From assembly GCF_008831285.2 (NCBI RefSeq), contig NC_045138.2:16120001-16184000 (forward strand): DNA of 64,000 nt, read 5' to 3'. Below the pieces are notes generated by a model. It had not been told where the DNA came from. It saw nothing but the letters and a program-made list of their open reading frames with translations, and made no database searches. Shown one piece after another: positions 53,395 to 64,000 of this stretch; positions within the stretch are counted from its first letter, which is position 1; every line of letters begins with the position of its first letter. This stretch comes from Nymphaea colorata (taxonomy: Eukaryota). Made by a program: the position numbers and the translations under genes.

Positions 53395-56300
53395 ATGGGG
53401 TCGCCTTCATCTACTGGAGGAAGCGGTGGTGGATCAGCGCTTCAGTTGGCCATGGCTGCCTTTCTTGGAGCGTCTGTGACGGCCGTTTCTGCGTTTCTCT
53501 TTCACATCCATACACTCAACGGTCTTATTGATTATGTCCAATCCCTCAGCCGACGGAAGGGTCTTGCAGACGTCCAAGAAGAAGAAGACGGGGAAGAGAG
53601 GGAAGCAGAAGAGGGAGATGATGATTACGAGGAGGATCAAGACGAAGAAGAAGAAGAAGTAGAAGAAGAAGTAGAAGAAGAAGACGCCGACGATGATCGT
53701 GATGAAGAAAAAAAAGAAGAAGACGACCACGCCGACGACGATGAAGAAGCAGAAGAAGTTAATGGCAACGCATCTGTCGCGGCATCAGACTCCTCGTTGG
53801 CGAAGTTGAAGGGAGATTCTATGGAGGAGGACGTCATTATGTTACGTCCGTCCTCCAATGGTGATTCTAGCTTGGGTAGTCTTGAATTAAACCAGAATGC
53901 ACTTCCACGTCTTCGAACGGGAAGAGAAAGTGAGTTTTCAGTTGTTTCGAGCTAGACGAAAGTCTTGGGTTGGCGCTTATTACATTTCTTTAGCCTCTTT
54001 TGGTCTTAGACATAAATCTTGGTCGTAACTAAATGCATGGTCTCCTCAATGGCCTTGGGTTTGTTTCCTCCCCATCATTCTTTCTGCTTTTTTCAATCTT
54101 TGTGAAGCAGAGGCTTGGTGCGGTTTTCTAATGTCAGAAGTTCAACTCATGAAAGAAAGACTGGTATTCTTGCCTCATAAGATCGCTATGAGTTTCTGAA
54201 AGTATATGTTTCTTGTAAAGATATTTGCTTGTTTTCGACATGCGCAATCCTCCACAACGATGTGCACTTTGTATTGGCCTGCGATTTTGTTTTAGAGTTT
54301 CACGTTGAAAACATCGACAAGGGGAAATGCACAATTCTTACAAAGAACAAGGTTGCCCAGATATGCAAATTTCTTGAAATATGTGACTGACGCATATTCA
54401 TTAAGAATTCTTCAAGATCATAATCACGTCTTTAAGAGTAATCAATTTTTTCTTTTTCTACTGCAAGCATATTTGCATAAATTTTGATAGAACCAGTGCA
54501 GAAGCAACTAATAACAAAGCGAGTCATGCGCAGAATAGGGCTGCGCAAACTAAGGAAGTTTCTAGTCAAAGCCAAACGAACACCACGAATCAAGGAGAAT
54601 CAGTTTTGGTAAAGCATATAACCGGGGGGTGGGGGTGGTGTGGGGTGGAGGATGAGAAAGTAAGTTTTACCAAATCAAAACAAAAAGGGAAAGGATGTAA
54701 TTTCCACATCTCACGCACGTCATTACTGTAGAAAGATTATAAATAGCAGTGATAATCTCCAAAGAAAATAATCGTGTAACCTGGCCATCATTGAATAATA
54801 TATTTAATCTCCGTTCTCCTTGTGGATGTTGGTTCATATTGAACCGAACCACACGTTAACTATTTTGCTGCTTTCAATTTAAAACGAATTTCAATGATAA
54901 ATATTTCTTTCTGGGACAAGTTTCAGAGTCCCTATGATGTAATTCTGCAGTTTTTTACACTTCCGTTAAATGGTTTATAACTTTACCCAGTGGACAATTG
55001 GATGTCGTGTGAAAACACTTGCAAACTAACTTTCAGTGATACATACTCGTTTTTAAATTATGTTGGTGTAAAGAGAGTTTAAGAAACAGGCAAATGACCT
55101 ACGCTCGAGCTTCCAGCTATTCATATCCTAGGTTGGTATTTAAAACAACTGTGAAGGAGTTCATGTATTTTAAGTTGACACTTTTTTCTCCACAATGTGG
55201 CCTTGAGAATGCTCGGATTCAGGGTATCACTTATTTGTATTCTATGCTAGCTGATACTTTTTATTTATTAGCAGGAACGTGCCACACTATTGGCCATTCG
55301 CCACTAAGGTCTGGGGTATCATCCACTGACAAGCCATCAATTCCAAAGTCATTATCTGGAATTGCACCAGAAACTGCATTGCACAATGGCAAGAATGAGA
55401 CTCCTCTGCTTGAAAATGGATACCACCCAAACTGCAACTGTGTATGGAACTTTAATCTGCTTATTTACTAGGAAGATCCTACCAGATGGTTTGTCATATT
55501 TTTTGGAATCTTGGATTCTTATTGTGCCTTTATTGTTTTGGCAGTTAGTTTAATGTTTGTTTGATATACAGGCTAGGTAGCAATAGCTGAAATGTATGTA
55601 TGTATTTACGTCTGCTGTTCAATTTCAAGGGGATCTGACACACCTCATCTGGAACAGTCTTCTGTTTTACCAGAAGTTTCACATGCGAGCAGTCCATCTG
55701 GAGAACCTTCTAATGAACAATCTATATCTGATATCTCAGCAGAAACTTCAAGGTCAAAGCCTCAACATGATGTGCTGATTCGGTTGAAAATCTCACCTCA
55801 AGGTAGTTTAAGATCATCATTGATATATCAACAAAATATGCTGTATCTGACTCATAATCACATTTGGATTGGTGAACTTGCAATCCGATCATCAGATATT
55901 GCCCAGTTGGCTTCATAGTCAGATAGGGAAAGGGTAATATGGAATCTAAAATTTAATAATATGTTTCCTACATCTTGCTTATTTTATGTTGTCTTTAGGA
56001 ATGTGCTCAGTGGCTTCTTATATATATAGAATGCGTTTAAGAGATGCCCTTCATTAGAAAAAGATATACAAAATAACACGCCAAGCAGAAAGAAAGGGAG
56101 CATCAAATCAAACCATGCAACACTGCTATACACTTAGTCTCAAAATAGAGAAGATGCGGCTAGGCACACGAGTACTTCTGGACAGATAAGGGCCATAGAT
56201 GGGAACAAATTGTTCTTATTGCAAAAAAAAAAAAAAGCTTAGTCTGGTTGGCTCGAGGAAGTTCTTGGGGGTGCATCCTGCACATTCCTAAGTAGTTCCT

Positions 56301-59300
56301 ACAAAATACTTGCACAAATGTTTTGTTTCTAACTCCATTGTCCTAAGTGACACAGACACAGCAAAATGGCTGCCTTACCCATGTCAACATGCCGACACAC
56401 TGGATACATTTTAAAAAAATGTGTATTAATTCTTGCATTTCGCATATTAGTTTTAAAGTTTTGCATATTACTTTGCATATTAATTCTCTAAAACATACTT
56501 TTCACCTGTTTTACATTTGTCTAACCTTTTTTGTATTAATTTTTCATATTTTTTGAGGAATTTTGGACCATTATGTGTGTGTGTGTTTGTATACCTTGCC
56601 ATATCCCAGTATCGCAAATTTCAAAAATGTCATGTCTGTATGCTCCTCCTGTACCAGAATGCATGTACCCTAGCCATTATCATGTGTGGATCTGCATGCC
56701 TGTGAATGACTGCACCAGGATTCGACACAAGTGGGCCATAGGAAGCCTCCTAGCTGATCAGAGGCGGCATTCTTGGGAAAGATGAAATGATTTGAGACTA
56801 AAGACACTTCATCGGAATAAAGATCTTCCTTTCTGTAGACTGCAACAGCAAGGATGGCGTTGGAAAGCTTGTTCATCCTGCCCATCAAACAGCACATAGC
56901 TGAGCTTGAGCCTCCAGCTATGTCTCAGGAATGTATACTACAGCCAGCCACATCTGGACATGGTCTTTGTCCTCCCTTTTTTCACTCCAGGCTTATAATC
57001 ACAAATAAGAGAGGGTGCAGTTGGGGTGTGTGCTGCCTCTTTTTTGAAGAGTCCGTATGACATAGAATAGGACTCCTCCTTATGGATTTGGCAATACATT
57101 GGTAATTCCAATATGGTTTTTGCAGTTTCCACCCCTAATAACAGTATCATTGTTCTTTTGGGCTCTAGGGGTCTGGCACTATATTTACATGTTGGCATAT
57201 ACTTTTGAGTTTAGATTCTGCTTGAATGATTTTGTCACAGACATTTTACTTCTCTTACTGTCGATTTCTGAAAATTTTCCAGTGGCAATTAAAGCAGAAG
57301 ATGATGAAGTATGTTCAATGCTTCAAGAATGTCTTGAATTACGGGAAAAGTACATTTTCAAAGAAACATATTTTCCTTGGGAAAAGGAAACTGTCTCTGA
57401 CTTGCATGCTTCAAATCTTGCCTCATGTTGCTCCTCTGCTCGAGAAAATCAGGTATTTTTAGCCTTTTAAGTGCTTATTTTCTATTGCAGGAAATGATGG
57501 TCTATTATGATTGCTATTGAATTTTACACTTTACAGACAGGGCATTATTCATTGCCTGCATATGCAATCTAGGTACTGTCTCCGATGTTCATGAGATTTT
57601 AAGATTTTTTTCCAGCATCACAGGCAATAATGAGTCACCTTATGCATTTTACATAATAAATTCTGCACATTTACATGATGGACTGTATGTACATAATTGG
57701 CAATAATTCATGCCTTCATGGTCAACAATCTTGGAGCGGCTTCTATTCGAATTCTCAATCCTTCTGCGTAGCTTTGGTGAAAATATTCAGAGCATGATTT
57801 TCCCATAGATGAGTGTCGTTTCAATTTCTTCATCTTCTTTCCTCCATCTAAATAGAATGTTGAGTTCAGTAGGGATTTAGAACAGTCTAACAAACCCATG
57901 AAGCATGGAAGTGTTGAACAAGCATCAGAAAGTATGTATAATATTGCCATTCAAAAAAATTTCTTTTGCTACTCCTTGTGATAATCTTGTAGATTTGAAC
58001 CTATAAAAAATTTCACCTGTAAAACATGCTGCAATTGCTGGTGGAGTCTAGGATGCTATGTGGTTATTTGCTTACTAAGCTATTTTATTAAAATTTTTGT
58101 CCTCTTGTTTGGAAACAGCACTATTTTAAGATGGAAGTCGGTGTTGTACATGTATATGCTGCGAATGGTACGACTATTTTAATATCCTTCTGAATTTTCT
58201 GCTACTTGGGCCTTGTTATCTGTTTATAACAAGTTTCAATGCATTTTCATTTGCTGTTTCAGGTCAAGATCTATTCCCAGTTGCAAATTCAACGACTTTT
58301 TTCACTGATATGCATCAAATCTTGAAAATTGCCTCCTTAGGAAATGCACGTACAACATGCTTTAGGCGATTAGAGCTGCTAGAAGATGTAATATTTCAGA
58401 ACCATTGAATATTTTTTCTCATTATTCACAATTTTGTATTACAATGATCATCATTTCTGGACCCTGTGCAGAAGTTTAATCTTCATCTCAAGTTAAATTG
58501 TGATAAGGAATTCCTAGCACAGAAGGATGCTCCTCATCGTGATATTTACAATGTTAGAAAAGTTGATACACATGTTCATCACTCTGCATGTATGAATCAG
58601 AAGCATCTTCTGAGATTCATAAAATCAAAACTATCTAAAGAACCTGATGAGGTATTCCACACATTGTTATTCTGTAGCAAACGTCACAAATGGTTTAGTG
58701 TGCCTTCATATATTCCAAACTCAATTTTATTTTTTCATTAAATTTTGTTTTTTCAGGTTGTAATATTTCGAGATGGGAAGTATCTGACTCTTAAAGAAGT
58801 GTTTGAAAGCTTGCAGTTGACAGGGTATGTGGCATTTAATTTTGTTGATAACTTGAGGTAGTTGCTGTTTTGAGTAGTGAAACTAACTTATTCTGTCATT
58901 GGCAGGTATGATTTAAATGTTGATTTGCTGGATGTGCATGTGGAGATGAGCAGCTTTCATCAGTTTGATAAATTCAATCTAAAGTACAATCCTTTTGGGC
59001 AGAGCAGGCTCCGTGAAATATTTTTGAAGCATGATAACCTTATCCAGGGTATTGTCATTATTCATTTCAACGATTCTCTAATTTGTAATTACGTATATAT
59101 CTAATTAGCCAACTGAAATTGCACTTATTTTGAATGTTGGAAAAAATAAATAAGTGAGCTGTTACAGGCGTTCTGGCTAGAAATCTGTTATAAATGGTTT
59201 TTTAGTGACCTGGCGAAGCCCAGGCTTTATAATAGGTAGTTAAAAGCATGATTGGGCGTGTACCATCATCTGGGCTAGAAGCCTTGCTATGTACCATGCT

Positions 59301-62300
59301 AGAGTTGTAGACCAATGGTCATATGTAAGATGGATTGTTTGCCAGGTAAATTCTTCTGTAGATTTCGAGTCAGGAATTCTACTTCATTAGTTCTACAAAC
59401 CTGAATTGCTGTTGATCTTTTTGTTACATATATATATCCCATGCATGAAATTTCTCATCATAGTTGATCCCATTTATCTTACTGGCTTACTTAAGCCTTT
59501 TCCTTAAGCAAATGTTTTCATAGAGTGAACATAGGTGAAGTTAGTTTAACAAGTTCTAAGGAACTTCTACAATGGGGCTGCTTTTATCCTTTTTTGCTAG
59601 ACTTAATCATGTAAGTCCCTCCAAGAAAAAAAGAGGCCACCACCTGTATCAGTTCCTGTCTCACAGGTGCAAATGCAGGTCTTGAGAGTTGACAGTCAAA
59701 AACATGCCTAGACAGCCACCTTTTCAACTGAGTTGGCCACCTAGGCACCCAAATGAAAAAGTGCTTTAAAATTCTTTCTCTCATATTTATTATTATTTTT
59801 ATTCTTTTTCTTCCTATCCCTTCCTTTTTTTATTCTCATTCTTCTTCATTTTCTTCTCTTTCTCCTTATAACCCCTCCAGCCCTCCTCTTCTTCTTATCT
59901 TTTATTTACTGTTTTTGGCCCACCTAGGCACCTGCATAGTACTTTTTGAAGGTCCGATGCATAGTGCTTTTGACTACTAAGGTACATGTGCAGATATAGG
60001 TGCTAACTGCTAAGTAGTTTGAAGGAGCTTGGATAAGGAGTATGAACACTTCTAGCTAGGTGGTTGGGCTACAACTGTTATGACAAATATGGAATAATTT
60101 ATGTAGAGGGTTCTAGGTGTTAGAATCCTCCTTGTTGTTTTTGCAGATTTTATTACCGGTAAAAATTTCTTTGTTGTATCACACTATTCTGTTTTACTCG
60201 AATATTTTTAAAAATGCACAACACACACATGTATACGTGTGTGTCTAATTGTCTCAGGCCACTTTTTGACCGAGTCCATTATGAACCAAGCAAACTACAG
60301 GTCGTGCTTTTACTTATCACTATTTTTCCCTTTTCTTAGGCCGTTTTTTGGCTCAGTTAACAAAGGAAGTGCTGTTTGATCTTGAAGCAAGCAAATACCA
60401 GGTTATGCATATTCCTAGAACTACTTTTTTTCTGGTCTTAATTTTAGGGCATAGAAGTTGCTGTTTAGATACTGTTGTTTTTAATGTACTTTCCATATAC
60501 GGCGTATCTGCTTCTCTACGAAGTTTTTTAAGACTGTTTGGAATATGGAACAAGAATCTTATTGTTTGGCCCATTAAACCCAGATATTATTGGTTGATTA
60601 GTGAAAGAATGTGAGAAACACAGATTCCCGCATGCATATCATATGGTTGTTCAGTATTCATTGAAACAGTTTTACCTTTGCTGATGTTCTTGGTTTTAGC
60701 TAATATCCACACACCTAGCAGTGTGGCTAAATACCGCAGACATAACACTGTCTCTGGAATTTCTTTCTTTCTTTGTTTTTTTCTGCATAGTTATGAAATG
60801 CAAAATGGGAAGTGCGTTAAATCTGAAAAGGGAAGATTTATAGGATAGCTTTCAAACTTTGGAACACAAGTTCACTGTACATGCTAATGGTGTTAGTCCA
60901 ATATTTCCTGAAGCATCACTTATAACTTTCATGGAACCAGAAAACACAGATAAAAGCTTAAATCTACTTTGAGAATCCAAGTATTTCTGTTTTGCTCCAC
61001 ACATGTATCCAGTCTGCTTTCATGTTCGCACTTCACACCCATTTTGGTGGTCTTAAACTGTAAATTGTGTGCCCTATGCCTTGAGAGAGGAATTTCTTTT
61101 GGAAAGCATAGAAGACTTTCTGAGAGTAGTAATTTAAATTTGTATGGAGTAAAAATACATGTTCATAAGATGTAACTGTTTATTTTCTATATCACTAGTT
61201 CTTTTGTTGGTTTATACTTTATAGTTTATAGTTTATACTGCTAGTGCAGAATGAGCTATTAGGATATGCTTTTATGGTTGTAGTGAATTGTTTGCTCATG
61301 CTTTCTTTGCATCAAATGCATGTGAGATTTTATTGCCATTCTGTTAGCTGGTTTTGTTATTGACATTTTCAATATCTGCTGCTTTTTCTTATCTGGTAGT
61401 TCTAATGGATCTGTTCTGGCCAGTGAGTCAGACTTTGCAAGTAAGAATTCTTAATCCATCTCATTTGAAATGTCACAGATGGCTGAGTATAGAATATCAA
61501 TCCATGGGAGAAAAAAGAGTGAATGGGACCAATTAGCAAGCTGGTTTGTGAACAATGAGATTTATAGTGCAAATGCTGTGTGGTTAATTCAGGTTAGAAG
61601 TTCTATTTTGTTTCCTAGCACACATACCTATGATATGCTGCTTCTTTTGGGTGGAGAGAAACAAATTTACTGGTAATGTGTTGCATAAAGTAACATAAGC
61701 TCATGCATTCTCTACATTACTGGTCCTCTTAAACCTTTTTGTCCTTCTAGATTTTAATCCGGTCGAACTCTGAGCCCATAGTTGAGGGGTTTAGCTAATG
61801 ATACCTGTAAGGATAGATCTTGTCACATAATGAAGAAAAAAGAAAAAGAAGCAAGACGACATCAGGCTTAAGTTAGGGGTTATCTGTTGTGATCTCTGTA
61901 CGTGTAGCATGGTCATAGTTGCCAAAAATGCCCTTATAGTGCCTTTTCTTTCTGGCAGCTTCTATAACGTAGTTAAACTTTGTTATCAAATAAACAGAAA
62001 TGATTAGCCAAAACATTACACTCTTCATGTACTGGAATTCTTGTTCATTGTTCAAGCTTGAAATCTCGACTTGTTTTGCACTGTTGACTGGTTGGTGAGA
62101 GTATCAGCTAACCTGTATTGATTATCGAAAATGAGGTTTTTTTTAGTTTATATCTCTTATTTTCTTAAGGGAGTAATGATGAATGCCGACTTTTTTTTGT
62201 TGACCTCTGTGGCATTGGGACCAATATTGGCAGTCATTTTTTGGTAAATCCATCTTGATGAACACTTGTGTAGTGTGTAATGAGGAGCTGTGGACGAAAG

Positions 62301-63613
62301 ATCTTGGAAAGATCTTGCAATGTCCACTTTGTAGAATATATATACTTTGCGATCATCACAGAGCAGTTCTTACATAACTTTGCATGGAAGGTGTGATTAT
62401 CACTTTTCTTGATGTAATGCATTATACGTAGTTAAAACTTAAAAAACTTAAAATGTCGTCCTTCCTTTTTTTGTTATTGTCCTTTCCTTTGAATTGCTTC
62501 TCATTTCCACTACCCTGTCCTTCCTAGTTGACTTGTAATCAATCATTTGCCTGAATGACTAATGCTCAAATGTGTAATGTAATCTGATGTTGTACAGTGC
62601 ATGGTGTAACATCCACAGTTGGGGCCAATAATTAGATATGTATTGTAACATATCATAGAAAATTCTAAATTTATTTCTTTAATATTAAGATCCCATAAAA
62701 ATGAAAAAAAAAACAGAAGGTCAGGAAACATATGAAAATCAAGAAAAATATGTTTTCTATAAAAAAACATGTCAAATATAAATATACCAATGGACATTCA
62801 TCAATCTAACATAACATAAATTCATAAGAAAACAAGGAATAAGCTTAGAATCTTGTACATCATGAAATCAACTTGTTCAATGCAAATAGCAAATGAAAAT
62901 ATGATTTTATATCTCTCATGGTAGAATCCGGAAGCCCCTCTTTATTCATTTGCAAATCGATCTCCCATAAAGAAATCTGGACATTTTCTTCCCTAAAGTG
63001 GCAACATCTGCCACATTCACAACTCCTAGAATGTCTAGGACTAGGGTGTGAAGGGTTTTTAAAACCCAGCACTTAAAATCAGGTCTTGGCTGCCCCTTTA
63101 TTCTGCTGCCACCACATTGTGTGATATGGAGTGTTGTATCGTGTGATACAGCCCTGTATCATACGATGCAGTATGATACAGGTACTTTACATCCCTGTAA
63201 CTAGTTACAGGGTGCCATAACAAAAGTTACGATGCATACAATATTGCTGTAATGTTCTCTTTTTGATTTTCTTGTATCGAACTTTGGACTTGCATTATCA
63301 GATATATATTTTTATGATATTTTTAGTCACACATCTTTTGAATGTGAGTATCTTTTCCATTTGCATGTTTGGTCATGTTTCTTGGAATTTCTGCATGCTA
63401 CGTAACTTTTCTAATTAGTTCTTTGGAGCTTTAAGCAGACATACTTCATTGACATATGGTCTTGTATTTCAGCTACCTCGATTGTATAATGTGTACAAGG
63501 AAATGGGAGTTGTTACTTCATTTCAAAACATCTTAGACAATGTTTTTATTCCTCTCTTTGAAGTCACAGTTGATCCAAGTACTCATCCTCAGCTGGACAT
63601 TTTATTAAAACAG
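53395..63613 (+). CDS. AMP deaminase, multi-exon, 3' end beyond the window (end given is the last clearly recognised exon)
   Basis: N-terminal anchor [96 protein letters not shown] exons with GT-AG borders. Confidence 0.93.
62222..62390 (-). mobile_element. Possible highly degenerate Copia RNase H fragment in an AMPD intron
   Basis: [15 protein letters not shown]...HQDGFTK loosely resembles LWCDNxSAIxIAKNP..RTKH...QxADGFTK. Confidence 0.35.
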
Positions 63614-64000
63614 GTTAGCACGAAAGTTATTTGTGCTCATGTTTCTTCCTTAACCATGATAGTGTAATTGAATTAGTTGTGTATGCTTACTCCTTTCCAA
63701 GTTTTTGTCATTTGTGTACCTATTTTCTCTGTTGACTGGTTCTCTTCATCTGGTTCAGTTCCTTAAGCTAGCAACTGTACTACATAGATCATTTTTTTTC
63801 CCTATGGTATCAGGCACATGACTGGCTTATCTTGCTCGATCAATTGAAATTATTAATATTTCCCAGCCTTTTCTTTTTGTTTGCAATCTGTATAACTTAC
63901 ATCTTTTTTATCATTGTTATTTTCAAGGATTCTTTTTGTAATTGTTAAATTTTCAGTATGTTATTTCATGTAACTTTCTAGGTGTGGACAATTTGGTCCT

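Noticed and set aside
54624..54651. G-rich tract as a G-quadruplex
   Set aside because: Only three clear runs of three or more G; no supporting context.

Overview
Plant nuclear DNA (AT-rich, GT-AG introns, microsatellites; species not determinable here). Apparently intact genes lie at the ends: an intronless-CDS P-class PPR gene (1366-4218, -), a ~21-exon plasma-membrane H+-ATPase (42547-51367, +) and a 3'-incomplete AMP deaminase (53395 to window end, +). Two identical tRNA-Asp(GTC) genes (6442-6513, 39027-39098) sit in duplicated ~0.9 kb blocks. Between them lies ~32 kb of decayed, rearranged sequence: a Copia remnant, MITEs, a multi-lesion NIMA-related kinase (NEK) pseudogene and LIFEGUARD/BI-1 fragments; a candidate SINE lies just beyond the second tRNA. 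The most striking structure is a nested inverted repeat at 16246-21019. Its ~1.4 kb outer arms enclose a near-perfect ~330 bp inverted duplication of the 5' end of a UBC15-18-type ubiquitin-conjugating enzyme gene, fused to an antisense NAL1-like protease exon/intron fragment. This is a candidate young hairpin-RNA/proto-miRNA locus or gene-capturing foldback element. All alignments were made by eye, so identities and some boundaries are approximate, and protein family calls rest on recalled consensus motifs.
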